Shown: positions 32,763 to 43,038 of the stretch, in pieces
How positions within the stretch are numbered: position 1 is the stretch's first letter
How the letters are laid out: each line of letters opens with the position of its first letter
Assembly (NCBI GenBank): GCA_963848485.1
Contig: CAWKDX010000009.1
Span: 324,954 to 388,953, forward strand
Source of the DNA: an uncultured Acidimicrobiia bacterium
Lineage (GTDB): Bacteria > Actinomycetota > Acidimicrobiia > IMCC26256 > JAENVU01
Length of the DNA: 64,000 bases
Direction of reading: 5' to 3'
Made by a program: the position numbers and the translations under genes
Notes under the pieces: model-generated
Seen by the model: only the letters and a program-made list of their open reading frames with translations
Databases searched by the model: none
Told to the model about the DNA's origin: nothing

Positions 32763-33139
32763 CTACTGGTAGCGGTGGAGCAGGCTGCTGACGCGGAACG
32801 CCTGCGGCACTCGTCGTGCTTCAGCAGGTGGAGCGTCGCCAGCGCGACGCATCTTGCGCTTGCACCCGCGACACGCCTTGTCCTCGGCCCACGCCCCGAG
32901 CGCCGCGAGCTCTGCGCCGTCGACCTCGGTGACGCTCCCCATGTAGACCAGGGTCTCGCGCTCGTCGGGCAGGTCGTCGGCGATGTCGATGACGTCGGCG
33001 AAGGCATCGTCGTTCGCCTCGCCGCCGAGGTTGTCGCGGTCCCAGAACCCGTGCGGGTCGGTGTCCTCGACGTGCGGACCTCGTCGGCCAGCTCGTCGGC
33101 GTCGAGGTCGTCGGTGCGGATCTTCGTCTTGCGACTCAT
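32763..33139 (-). CDS. Small, strongly acidic hypothetical protein with C-terminal basic CxxC tail, one frameshift near 33075
   Basis: ATG 33139: MSRKTKIRTDDLDADELADEV (ORF 32714..33229 frame), then ..EDTDPHGFWDRDNLGGEANDDAFADVIDIADDLPDERETLVYMGSVTEVDGAELAALGAWAEDKACRGCKRKMRR.. (ORF 32763..34160 frame). Lies 90 nt downstream of nurA on the same strand. Confidence 0.5.
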
Positions 33140-33229
33140 CGGGCTCTCCGGGGGCCTGGAGAGTGGGACCGGGCATCCGTGCCTCGCTAGACGGTATCGA
33201 CTCCCCCGGCGTCCTGGTGAACGGGGCAA

Positions 33230-34180
33230 TCAGCCCACAGCCCCCGTTGCGGCGACCCGCAGGGCCCGAAACATCAGCCGGGCGTCGCCCAGGCGCCGCC
33301 GGAGCTCCCGCTCCAGACCACCGATCGGGTACAGGTTCTGGGCGCACGGGGGTCCTTGTACGGCTCGCTGGCGTAGCGGCCGAGGGTGATCCCCACCGTG
33401 TCGGCGAGCGCGCCGGCGTCCGGGACGCGCGACCTCGGTCGAGCACTCGACCCGCACCACCCCGGCCCACGGCGCGTCGGCACCGCCGGGGAGCCGCAGG
33501 TACCAGGAGTGGCGGGACCACCGGCTGCCGATGGTGAAGATCGGGGTCCGCTCTCCCGCGCCGAGGGTGCTGACGAGTGCGTGCAGCGGCGGTGGCAGGT
33601 ACGCGACCTCGTGGGTCTTGACCATGCCGACCGTCCCCGGCACGTGCTGGCGACCGCTCAGCGGGCCGTCGACCACGACGAGCGCGTCGTCGGGCTCGGG
33701 ACACTCGCGTCGGGCGGCTTCCGCGGCCTCGACCTCGCGCCGGGCCATCCGTTCCTGCAGCGCGAGCCAGAGGTCCTTCGGGCTCGGACCGTTCGCGACG
33801 TGCGCGGCGTACGCGCCGTGCCTGGTCACGATCTCGGCCGCGTGCGGGGACGCGCTGAACACGCCCCGCCCGACGCTCGGGTGGATGACCTCGGCGCGCC
33901 GCCCCGCGCCACAGCGTGCGACACCCGCACCGAACGACGCGCAGATCCCCGGCTGGGCGTCGCCGTCCGGGTCTTCGATCCACACCCGGGCGTCCACCCG
34001 GCGGACCCCGTCGACGAACAGCACCGTCGCCGGCTCCCGAGCCGTCGCGCTCGGACCGATCGCGTGCCACTCGTCGGCTGGAACCTCGACGTCGGGGTTG
34101 ACGTCGACCGCCGACTGGTCGAGGTCGGACTCGACCGACGCGCCGTACTCCACGCTCCACGGATCCACCCGGAACTTCAT
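33230..34180 (-). CDS. nurA: NurA-like nuclease (DSB end-resection partner of HerA), about 2 frameshifts near 33350-33440
   Basis: ATG 34180 overlaps the sbcC stop (ATGA). MKFRVDPWSVEYGASV..TVLFVDGVRRVDARVW..VVVDGPLSG..VGMVKTHEVAYLP..SWYLRLP.. (3' part of ORF 33230..36805). C-terminus ..VPDAGALADTVGITLGRYASEPYKDPRAPQNLYPIGGLERELRRRLGD. The call rests on operon context plus recalled C-terminal NurA-like motifs. Confidence 0.55.
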   Translation of the reverse strand: MKFRVDPWSVEYGASVESDLDQSAVDVNPDVEVPADEWHAIGPSATAREPATVLFVDGVRRVDARVWIEDPDGDAQPGICASFGAGVARCGAGRRAEVIHPSVGRGVFSASPHAAEIVTRHGAYAAHVANGPSPKDLWLALQERMARREVEAAEAARRECPEPDDALVVVDGPLSGRQHVPGTVGMVKTHEVAYLPPPLHALVSTLGAGERTPIFTIGSRWSRHSWYLRLPGGADAPWAGVVRVECSTEVARPGRRRARRHGGDHPRPLRQRAVQGPPCAQNLYPIGGLERELRRRLGDARLMFRALRVAATGAVG

Positions 34181-36567
34181 CGGGTCACCCGCTCGACCGA
34201 CGCGGTGCGCGGCCCCTTCGCCACCCGGTACTGCACCGGCATCCGCTCGGCCAGCTCCCGCACGTGCGTGACGACGCCGACGGTCCGGTCGCCCGCGCCG
34301 AGGTTCTCGATCGTTCCGGCGACCGTCTCGAGCGTGTCGGGGTCGAGCGAGCCGAAGCCCTCGTCGAGGAAGATCGACTCGAGCCGCGCCGCGCCGTCGG
34401 CCGCGAGGTCGGCGAGCTGATCGGCCAGCGCGAGCGCCAGCGCGAGCGACGCCTGGAACGTCTCCCCGCCGGACAGCGTGCGCACCGAGCGGCGTTCGTC
34501 CGCGTTGCGGTGGTCGACGACCAGGAAGTCGCGGCTCGAGTCCTCGAACGCGAAGGAGTACTGCCCGGCCGACAGCTCCCGGAGCCGCAGCGACGCGCCG
34601 TCGACCAGCAGCTCGAGCGCCTCGGCCACCAGCCACCGTTCGAAGTTGCGGGCGTCGAGCAGCCGGGCGAGCTCGCGGGCGACGTGGACGTCGGCGCCGG
34701 TCTTCTCGATCTGGCGCTCGAGCTTGGTCCGCGCCTTGATGCCGTCCTTGACCCGCTGTTGCTCCGCCCGGGCGCGCCTGCTCGGCTTCCACGACCGCGT
34801 CGGCCAGCTCGTCCGGGGTGACCGGTCGCCGCACTTCGATGTCGGCTTCGAGCGCCGCGCTCGACCAGCGCGCCCGAGCTGCTCGTCGCGTCGCTGACCC
34901 GAGCTCGGTGGCAGCCGCGTCCGCCGTTGCCGCCGCCGCGGCGTGCGTCGGCGCCTCCGACTGCGGCCCACTCGACGAGCGCGGGCCAGTCCGCGGCGAG
35001 GTCGCCCCGCTCCGGACGGCGGCGCGACCCCGATCTGCACGAGCGCGTCGCGCTGGGCCCGGAACGCCGCCGCGGCCTTCTGCAGCCGGGCGTCGACCGC
35101 GTCGAGCGCGGCGCGGGCCTCGGTCTCGCTGCTTGCGGGCGTCGCGTGTCCGCGGCGCGCGCGGCCTCGACCGACTTCGCGGCCGCCTCGATCGCGTGCA
35201 GCTGACGATCGACGGCCTCCGCGTCCGGCTGCTCCGCGACCGTGCGCGCCAGCTGCGCGTTCCCGTTCGGTGAGCTCCGTCGCCGACTGCTGCGCCGCGG
35301 CCGCGTGCTCGCGGGCCTTCTGGTCCGCGGCCTTCGCGGCAGTCGACGCTGCTTGCGCGGCCCGGCCGCGCGCCGCCGGCGCGCGGCGCTTCGGGAATGC
35401 GTCTCGACCGGCTGCTCGCACACCGGGCACGGCTCGCCGACCTCGAGCGCACCGACGAGCGCGTGCGCCGCGTGGGCGACCCGGAGCGCCTCGAGCGCCC
35501 GCTCGGCGTCCGCCAGCTCGCTCGCCGCGGGCTGCGACCGCCGCGGCCGATCGCTCGGCGCCGCTCGCGGGCCTGGGCCAGCGCCGCGCGGATCTGCTCG
35601 AGCTCGTCCGAGCGCGGCGCGCGCCGCGACGCAGCGGATCCCGCGGCCCGAGCTCGGCGAGCGCCTCCTGCGCCGTGCTCACCACGCGCTGCGCCGCCTT
35701 CGCGGCCGCTTCGACTGCGTGCCGTCGAGCTCTCGCGCGGCCTGCTCGCGAGCAGTCGCCAGCTTCGCGACGGTGCCGGCATCTCCGTCCGGGTCGAGCC
35801 GCTCGACGATCTCGCGCGCTCGCGTCGCCGCGGTGGTTGCCGCGGCTGGTCCTCGCGCCGAGCGTGCTCGCAGCGCGGCCCGGGCGGCCCGCACCTCGTC
35901 GCGCAGCTGGCCGGTAGAGCGCGACCCACTGCTCCCAGACGTCGAGCTGCTCGGGCGTGCAGTCGGCGAGGGCCTCGAGCTGCTGCTCGGCCAGCTTCAC
36001 CGCGGCCTCCTGCTCGGCCGCCCGGGCCCGGGCGTTGCGCATCATGCGCTCGTACACGTCGAAGCCGAGCAGCTTGATGAGGAGGTCCTGGCGGGCCGCG
36101 GGCTTGTCGTGGAGGAACCGGGCGAACTCGTTCTGCGGGAGCACGACCGCACGGGTGAAGTGCTCGAAGGTCAGGCCGAGCAGCCCTTCGACCGCGCCGT
36201 CGATCTCGCCGACCGATCCCGCCAGCACCTCGCCGTCGACCGCCTCGAGCCGGGCTTCCTTCGTCGTCGCGCTGCCCCGCTTGTCGAGCCGGACGACCCG
36301 CGTCGCGATGTAGCGGCGACCCGCCGCTTCGAACGTCAGGCTCACCCGCGCCTCGATCGCGCCCATCGTCACGATCGGCGCGACGCTGCCCTTGTTGCCG
36401 TAGCGGGGCACGCTGCCGTAGAGCGCGAAGCAGATCGCGTCGATGACGGTCGACTTCCCGGAGCCGGTCGGGCCGACGAGCGCGAACAGCTCGACGCCTT
36501 CGAAGTCGATCTCGGTGAGCTCGCGGAACGCGCCGAAGCCCTGCGCCTGGAGCCGGACCGGCCTCAC
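34177..36567 (-). CDS. sbcC: SbcC/Rad50-family SMC-like ATPase, more than 10 frameshifts in the coiled-coil region (~34830-35950)
   Basis: GTG 36567: VRPVRLQAQGFGAFRELTEIDFEGVELFALVGPTGSGKSTVIDAI (Walker A). Zinc-hook CPVC at 35418-35429. C-terminal LSGGETFQASLALALALAD (signature) and IFLDEGFGSLD (Walker B), both in the ORF 34177..36762 frame. Confidence 0.85.
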   Translation of the reverse strand: MRPVRLQAQGFGAFRELTEIDFEGVELFALVGPTGSGKSTVIDAICFALYGSVPRYGNKGSVAPIVTMGAIEARVSLTFEAAGRRYIATRVVRLDKRGSATTKEARLEAVDGEVLAGSVGEIDGAVEGLLGLTFEHFTRAVVLPQNEFARFLHDKPAARQDLLIKLLGFDVYERMMRNARARAAEQEAAVKLAEQQLEALADCTPEQLDVWEQWVALYRPAARRGAGRPGRAASTLGARTSRGNHRGDASARDRRAARPGRRCRHRREAGDCSRAGRARARRHAVEAAAKAAQRVVSTAQEALAELGPRDPLRRGARRARTSSSRSARRWPRPASGAERSAAAVAARGERAGGRRAGARGAPGRPRGARARRCARGRRAVPGVRAAGRDAFPKRRAPAARGRAAQAASTAAKAADQKAREHAAAAQQSATELTERERAAGAHGRGAAGRGGRRSSAARDRGGREVGRGRARRGHATPASSETEARAALDAVDARLQKAAAAFRAQRDALVQIGVAPPSGAGRPRRGLARARRVGRSRRRRRTPRRRQRRTRLPPSSGQRRDEQLGRAGRARRSKPTSKCGDRSPRTSWPTRSWKPSRRARAEQQRVKDGIKARTKLERQIEKTGADVHVARELARLLDARNFERWLVAEALELLVDGASLRLRELSAGQYSFAFEDSSRDFLVVDHRNADERRSVRTLSGGETFQASLALALALADQLADLAADGAARLESIFLDEGFGSLDPDTLETVAGTIENLGAGDRTVGVVTHVRELAERMPVQYRVAKGPRTASVERVTR

Positions 36568-37726
36568 CGGGTGAGCTCCTCGTCGAGCAGCCGGGCGAAG
36601 AGCGCGACCAGCCGGTCGTCCTCGATGTTCTGCTCGTCGAGGTAGGCCGCGAACAGCTCGTGGGGGCCACGCCCGCGGCGCTCGGCCCGCGGCCGAGGGT
36701 CCGAGGCTCGCCGGCGCATCGATGCGGACCTCGACCACCCGGTCGCCGAGCAGCGCGCGCACGTCGTCGGCCAGACCCGGCTCGTGCGGGTTCGGTCACG
36801 CGCACCCGCAGCCACGTCCCCGCGAGGTCCTCGGCCGCGGCGATGGCCTGCAGCTCGGCGAAGGTCCCGGTCAGCGTGCGCAGCTGCTCCCCCGCGGTCA
36901 GCGGGATCGGCTCGATCGGACGCGGGCAGTCCCGGGCTCGGCCTCGATCACCACGACGTGCTTGCCCGCGCCCGCCTCGCCGAAGTCCACCTGGATCGGT
37001 GAGCCCGAGTACCAGATCGGCGCGCCGCCGGGCAGCTTCTGGGCCAGGTGCAGGTGCCCGAGCGCGACGTAGCTCGCCGCGCCGGGAAACACGCTCGCGT
37101 CGATCCAGTAGTCCTCGAACGCGGTCTGCGCCTCGCGCTCGCCGCCCCCGGTCTGCCCGCCGCGCACCATCGCGTGCGCCACGACGAGGTTCACCGCGCC
37201 CCCGCCGAAGTCCGCGGTCAGCGCGCCGACGATGCCACGCATCTGCTCCGCGTACGCGCCGACGTTCTCGAACGCCTCCTGGCTCATCAGCTCCGCGGCC
37301 CGCACCGCGTAGCGCTGGGAGCAGAACGGCAGCAGCGCGATGTGCGCGCGCTCACCGCCGGCAGTCGTGTGCTCGAGCACCCCGCCGGCATCGGGCCGCG
37401 CGACCTGGCCGAGCACCGTGATGCCGAGCTCGGCCATCAGCGGGCGGATCGCCTCGAACCGTCCGGGGTTGTCGTGGTTGCCGGCGACGACCACCACCTT
37501 CGCGCCGGTGTCGTGCAGGTCGAGCAGCGCGCGCAGGACGATCTGCTCGGCTTCCGCCGACGGCGCCGCGGACTCGTAGAGGTCGCCGGCGACCAGCACG
37601 AGATCGACCGACCGGGATCGCGGCCAGGTCGACGATCTCCGCGAGCACGCGGCGGTGCTCGTCCAGCCGCGACAACCCCCGGATCGTCTTGCCCACGTGC
37701 CAGTCGGACGTGTGCAGGATCCTCAC
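36564..37726 (-). CDS. sbcD: SbcD/Mre11-family nuclease (calcineurin-like phosphoesterase), about 3 frameshifts
   Basis: GTG 37726: VRILHTSDWHVGK.. (ORF 37352..37849). ..LVLVAGDLYE..VVVVAGNHDN..LVVAHAMV..YVALGHLH (ORF 36898..37599). C-terminus ..HELFAAYLDEQNIEDDRLVALFARLLDEELTR-TGA (ORF 36564..36815). GTGA overlaps at both ends. Confidence 0.85.
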
Positions 37727-39536
37727 GTGCTGCTCTCCCGAAGATCTCCCACGGCCGAGCTGCGGACCGCGACCATCCTGGGGCCGTGGGCGGCGCTGCT
37801 CACGCGCCCGGGAGTCCCGCGAAGGGGTCGGCCTCGACGCCGTCGGCACTCACGGTGCCGGTCGGCGTCGACGCGCCCGCCGCGGACCTCGTCGGGCCGG
37901 GTCGCCCACGCCGGGAACGGGAACTCGGCCACGAGCGGCACCGGGATCTCGGGCTGGCTCACGAACATCGTGCCGGGCTTCGCGATCCGGGCCCGCTCCC
38001 GGTGGGCGGCGGGCAGGAAGCCGTACTCCGGCCGCATCGCCTCGGCCGGGTCGAGCCGGCCCGCGACGCGCAGCGCCGAGTTCGCGATCACCCGCCGCTC
38101 CACCTCGCTCGCGGTCTGCTGCGCGCCGACGAGGATGATGCCGAGGCTGCGGCCCCGCTCCGCGATGTCGAGGAGCAGGTCCTTGATCGGGCTCTGGCCC
38201 TCACGGGGCGCGTACTTGTTCAGCTCGTCGAGCACGACGAAGAGCAACGGCCGGCGCGCGCCCGATTCTTCCTTCTGCTCGAACTCGCGCTGCAACGTGA
38301 CCCCGACGACGAACCGCTGCGCGCGGTCGGCCAGGTTGTGGATGTCCACCACGGTCACCTGCGCGGACTCCGCGGTGCGCACGTGCCGTCCGGCGCGGAG
38401 CGGGACGTCGGCGCGGATCAGGTGGCCGAGCGCGCGCTGCGACGACAGCAGCCGGCGCACGAACGCGTTGATGGTCCCCATGCCGACCGCGCGCCCGGCC
38501 CAGTCGAGGCTCGAGTCGTCGTCGGTCAGCCGTTCCACGATCAGCTCGACGAGCTCGTGGTAGGTGCGGACCGTCACGCCTTCGATCTGCCACGCGCCGT
38601 CGTCGCCGAACCGGCACGCCGTCGACCTTGAGCTTCCGCACGACGTTGTGGATCACCATCGTGTACTGCTGGCGCTCGTCCTCCGCGTCGGCGAAGACGA
38701 ACGGGAGCAGCTCACCCTCGACGAAGTCCGCGATGGTCCAGTAGTAGGTGCTCACGCCGGTGGTGCGGGTCGCGACGTCCGGCCCGGCGTTCGGATCGCC
38801 CTTGCGCGGCGGGGCGAAGACCGCCACCGACTCGAACGGTCCCGGGGTGAGGCCGAGCGTGCGGTAGCGGTCCTGCTGCTCCTCGTCGAGCTTGCCGTTG
38901 GGCTGGTCGAGGAAGAGGAGGTCCTCGCCCTTCACGTTGAAGATGAGCGCCTTCGTGTTGACGGCCTCGGCGCCGAGCACGCCCGGAGTGGAACATGCTG
39001 TAGAGCAGGAACGTCGCGTAGCTCGTCTTGGTCGCGACGCCGGAGATGCCGCTGATGTTGACGTGCGCGCCACGGGTGCCGTCGAGGAACTCGAGGTTGG
39101 CGTAGAGCGGCGCACCGTCGCGACCGAGCCCGATCGGGACCCGGTGCTCCATGTCGTCGAAGAACAGCGCGTGGTCGCGCTCCGCGTCCTCGGCCCGGCG
39201 CGCCGGCGCGCCCGGCAGCGGCGGGACGTAGATCTCCGGCTCGACCCGGCTCACGGTGATCTCGGCCACCTCGACCGCCTCGCCCGGCAGCACGCCGTCG
39301 GCGATGAGGAAGACGTCCGAGGCGAACTGCGCGCCCTCCTGGCGGCCGATGACCTGGGTGACGATGCCCGACAGCGTCACCGACTCGTCGTCCGGGAGCG
39401 GCCGCTCGCAGATCACGACGTCGTCGAGCTGCAGGTAGCGCTCCGGGCTCAGCGCGACCCAGAAGTGCAGCGGGGTGCTGTCCTCCGTGCCGACGACCCG
39501 CCCCACGGGCCCCGTCTGGCGCGCCTGATCGCTCAT
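37723..39536 (-). CDS. herA: HerA-like (DUF87/FtsK-HerA superfamily) ATPase, about 4 frameshifts
   Basis: ATG 39536: MSDQARQTGPVGRVVGTEDSTPLHFWVAL.. (N-terminal barrel). P-loop region HVNISGISGVATKTSY (39021-39050). Walker B LLFVVLDELNKYAP. ..AERGRSLGIILVGAQQTASEV.. (ORFs 38712.., 38201.., 37723..38577). The last ~60 codons need two compensating shifts. The stop at 37723-37725 overlaps the sbcD GTG. Confidence 0.7.
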
Positions 39537-39587
39537 GCGGCGGAGCGTATCGAGCGACCGCGCCGCCGGGCTCGTAACGTCGCGGTG

Positions 39588-40169
39588 ATGGAGAGCCGGG
39601 CCGCGACCACGGAGGATCTGCAGGCGATCGCGGTGACGTTGGCCGGCGCGTTCGAGCCCGACCCGGTCTGGGGCTGGGCGTTCCCCGAGCGCGACCAGCT
39701 CGAGGTCTGGTGGCGGTTCTGGGTCGCCGCGGCGTTGCGGCAGGGTGCGGTGCGCATGACCGAGCGGGCCGAGGCAGTCACGGTCTGGATCCCGCCGGGT
39801 GGCCACGAGCTCGCCCCCGCCGACGAGCCGCACGTCGCGCCGTTGCTGCGCGCGCTCATCGGCGACCGCGCCCGGCTCGTGCTCGATCTGCTCGACTGCT
39901 TCGACGCGAACCATCCCCCGGCGTCGCCGCCGTACTACTACCTGACCCTCTTCGGCACCGCGCCGGACCACCGCGGCCAGGGCATCGGCATGGCGCTGCT
40001 CGACGACACGTTGGAGCGCATCGACGCGGCGCACTCGCCCGCGTACCTCGAATCGAGCAACCCCGTGAACATCGGGCGCTACGAGTCCGTCGGGTTCGTC
40101 CCGCGCTCGACGTTCGCACTGCCCGGGGGCAACGGCACGGTCACCACCATGTGGCGTGCGTCGCGCTGA
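39588..40169 (+). CDS. GNAT family N-acetyltransferase
   Basis: Intact frame from ATG 39588 (3' part of ORF 38892..40169). ..YYYLTLFGTAPDHRGQGIGMALLDDTL..PAYLESSNPVNIGRYESVGF. Divergent from herA with a 51-nt spacer. Confidence 0.8.
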   Translation: MESRAATTEDLQAIAVTLAGAFEPDPVWGWAFPERDQLEVWWRFWVAAALRQGAVRMTERAEAVTVWIPPGGHELAPADEPHVAPLLRALIGDRARLVLDLLDCFDANHPPASPPYYYLTLFGTAPDHRGQGIGMALLDDTLERIDAAHSPAYLESSNPVNIGRYESVGFVPRSTFALPGGNGTVTTMWRASR

Positions 40170-40178
40170 CCCTGGTGG

Positions 40179-41336
40179 TCAGACCGGGCGGTCGACGACG
40201 AGGTGGCTGTCGTCGGTGGTGACGAAGAGCCCGTGCACCCAGAGCGGCGAGTTCGGCGACACGGGGCCGGGGGCGAGCTGCGTCCAGGTCCCGGTCGTGG
40301 TGGAGAGTCGCACCACCGGTCCGCCGGTCCCGTCGAAGAAGTCGATGTCCGATCCGTGCCCGACGCCGGATCCCCCGGCTGCGGTGGGGAACGGCGGTCG
40401 AGCGACGGTGGACCACTGCTGTGACGACAGGTCGTATCGCTGCACGATCGCGAACGGCGAGCCGGACACCCGCGGGAAAGCGCACAGCTCCGACGTCGAA
40501 CACGTCTGCGCGCGCTGATCGCCTTTGACCACGACGACGCTGTCCGCGTCGCACGACGGCACTGCACCCACTGCCGCATCCGAGAAGCCACCCGGGAGGA
40601 CGGGGCACTCCACGAATGGTCATGGAAGCCGAGGAGCCGCAGCGCGTTCAGCCCCATCGTCCGCGTCGGACCGAAGCTCGCCGCGTACCGGCCTGACGAG
40701 CAGGTCGCGCCCGGCACAGCCGGCGGAATCTCGCGCCACCGGCCGGTGTGTGGGTTCACGGCCATCGTCGTGCCCCCGGTCAGCTGGAGCCACGCGTCGT
40801 CCTTCGTCGCCATCAGAGCGCGCTCGGGGTCGCGCCGAAGCCTCGACGTCGCGAACCGCGTCGGGCACCCGCAGGTGCCGCCACGCGCCCGTGTGCACCG
40901 AGTACACCGCGGCGACGATCTTCCCGCCCGTGCAACCGTGCTCCGCGCCGACGCGCCCGGGACACGTCACGCCCGCGACGACCAGCCGGGGCCCGACCCA
41001 CACCGCGGTCGTCGTCTGCGTTCGCCTGAAGGGCGCGTCCGGGAGCCGCTTCCAGCTCCGGGTGCGCAGGTCGAACACCGCGCCGTCGTTCATGCGCTTC
41101 ACGGGCTGGCCGTCGCGCAGCATCTGCCCGCCGACCACGAACACCTGGTGACCCCGCACGGCGATCGCGGGCGAGCCACGCGGACCGAGCGGTCCATCGG
41201 ACACGACGGTCGCGCCGACTGGCCAGTGCGACCGGGTCGACGTCGCGGCGGAGCCCGACGTGCATCCCAGCACCGGTACCAACGCGGACGCGAGGAGCAC
41301 GGCCGTGCCCAGAGGAACAGCGCGGTGCCTGCTCAC
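40179..41336 (-). CDS. Putative lipoprotein with repeated beta-strand-rich (possibly propeller-like) segments, about 5 frameshifts
   Basis: GTG 41336: VSRHRAVPLGTAVLLASALVPVLGC (lipobox). ..AIAVRGHQVFVVGGQ..DGAVFDLRTRSWKRLPDAPF..TAVWVGPRLVVAG.. (ORF 40620..41903). ..DDAWLQLTGGTTMAVNPHTGRWREIPP.. (ORF 40079..). ..YDLSSQQWSTVARPPFP..RLSTTTGTWTQLAPGP (ORF 40179..40613). Confidence 0.5.
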
Positions 41337-41347
41337 CGCCCCCAAAC

Positions 41348-42118
41348 CTACGTGACGCGTGGCTCCCAGCGGAAGCGCCTCACCGCGACCACGCCGGCCG
41401 CCAGACCCCAGGCCGCGACCACCGCGAGATCGCCCCAGTGGAGGCGGGATCCGACCTCCAACGGGTCGAAGGTGGCGAAGGTGGCCTGGAGGAACGGCCG
41501 GACGGGGAAGAAGTCGGCGATCCGCGCGAGCACGGAGTCCGGGCTCACCGGGAAGAAGGTCCCCGACAGGAAGACGAGCGGGAAGAAGATCGCGTTCACG
41601 ATCGCCGGGCCGGCATCCGCGTTCGGGACGAGCGACGCGATCGCGACGCCGAGCGCGCTGAACGACGCGGCACCGACGACGAGGACGAGGACGAGATCGG
41701 CAAGGTGCGAGAGCGGGAACTCGACGTCGTAGACCACCGCGCCGAACCCCATCACGAAGACCGTGAGCAGCGCGCTGACGAGGAACGCGTTCGCGAGCAG
41801 CCCGAAGACGAACGCGGGGATCGGCAGCGGTGTTCCTCGCATGCGCTTGAGCAAGCCGGTGTCGCGCCGGAACGGAAGGTTGATCCCGAGGTTCACCAAG
41901 CAAGCGTCCATCACCCCGAAGGCAACGATGTTCGGGGTGAAGAACTGATTGAAGTTGATGTTGCCGAGCTGGCTCAGCCGTTCGTTCAGGTTCATGGACC
42001 CGAAGATCACGAGGAAGAAGACGGGGAAGGCGACCGTGAAGATGGCGCTCGCGGGGTTGCGCCAGAACCGCTTCTGCTCGAGCACGAGCTGGTCGAACGC
42101 GAGGCGGGTCGGGCTCAT
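41348..42118 (-). CDS. ABC-2 type transporter permease
   Basis: Intact from ATG 42118 (overlaps the ATPase stop, ATGA). MSPTRLAFDQLVLEQKRFWRNPASAIFTVAFPVFFLVIFG.. with six hydrophobic segments (3' part of ORF 41348..43396). Confidence 0.85.
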   Translation of the reverse strand: MSPTRLAFDQLVLEQKRFWRNPASAIFTVAFPVFFLVIFGSMNLNERLSQLGNINFNQFFTPNIVAFGVMDACLVNLGINLPFRRDTGLLKRMRGTPLPIPAFVFGLLANAFLVSALLTVFVMGFGAVVYDVEFPLSHLADLVLVLVVGAASFSALGVAIASLVPNADAGPAIVNAIFFPLVFLSGTFFPVSPDSVLARIADFFPVRPFLQATFATFDPLEVGSRLHWGDLAVVAAWGLAAGVVAVRRFRWEPRVT

Positions 42119-43033
42119 GCGCCCTTCCCGTCCGGATGCTCGGTGAGCTGGAGGTAGACGTCCTCCAGGTTCGGGCGGGTCACCGTGAGGCCGCGCAGGG
42201 CGACGTCGCGTTCCAAGGCCCACCCGGTGAGCTCGTGAAGCACGGGTGCGGGCTCGTCGGTGCGCAGCTCGACGTAGCCGGGCTCCTCCGGGTCCGCCGG
42301 CGCCACCGCGATCGGCAGCTCGGACCGCGCAATCCCCTCGGGGAGCGCGAAGCGGATGAGGACGGCCGCGACATCCCGTCCGCCGATCGTCTCCGGTGTC
42401 CCTTCGGCGACGATGCGACCGCCTGCGATGACGGCGACGCGGTCCGCGAGTTGCTGGGCCTCGTCCATGAAGTGCGTGGTCAGCAGGACCGTCTTGCCCA
42501 GACGGCAGAGCCCCTCGACGATCTCCCAAGCACCGCGTCGCTGCCGACGGGTCGAAACCCGTGGTCGGCTCGTCCAGGAAGATGAGGTCGGGATCGCCGA
42601 CGAGCGCGAGCGCGAGATCGAGCCGGCGTTGCTGACCACCCGAGAGCGTCTTGACCCGTGCGCCCGTCTTCTCGGAGAGGCCGACGAGATCGAGCAGCTC
42701 GTCGACCGGACGCGGGTGCGGGTACGTGCGTCCGGTGTGCAGCACGTACTCGGACACCGTGAGGTACGGGTCGAGCCCGCACGACTGCAACACGATCCCG
42801 ATGCGCTCGTGCCAGGCGGGACCGCCATGCTCTGGATCGCGGCCGAGCACCTCGACCCGGCCCGAGGTCCGGGACCGGTAGCCCTCGAGGATCTCGACCG
42901 TCGTGGTCTTGCCCGCGCCGTTCGGCCCGAGCAGCGCGAACACCTCGCCCTCGCGGACCTCGAAGCTCACACCACCGACCGCGTCGGTCTCGCCGTAGGT
43001 CTTCCGCAGGTCCTCGACCACGATCGCGGGCAT
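42115..43033 (-). CDS. ABC transporter ATP-binding protein, one frameshift near 42545
   Basis: ATG 43033: MPAIVVEDLRKTYG..LLGPNGAGKTTT (Walker A), LSGGQQRR (signature), LIFLDEPTTGFD (Walker B). C-terminal part in the ORF 42115..42828 frame. Confidence 0.85.
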
Positions 43034-43038
43034 GGCTC

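Noticed and set aside
33230-36805. 1191-aa ORF
   Set aside because: It is a chimera. Only its last ~317 codons (from ATG 34180) are the nurA-like gene. Upstream it runs out of frame through sbcC as Arg/Ala/Pro-rich nonsense. 43243..45474 (743 aa) and 27796..30072 (758 aa) are read-through chimeras of the same kind.
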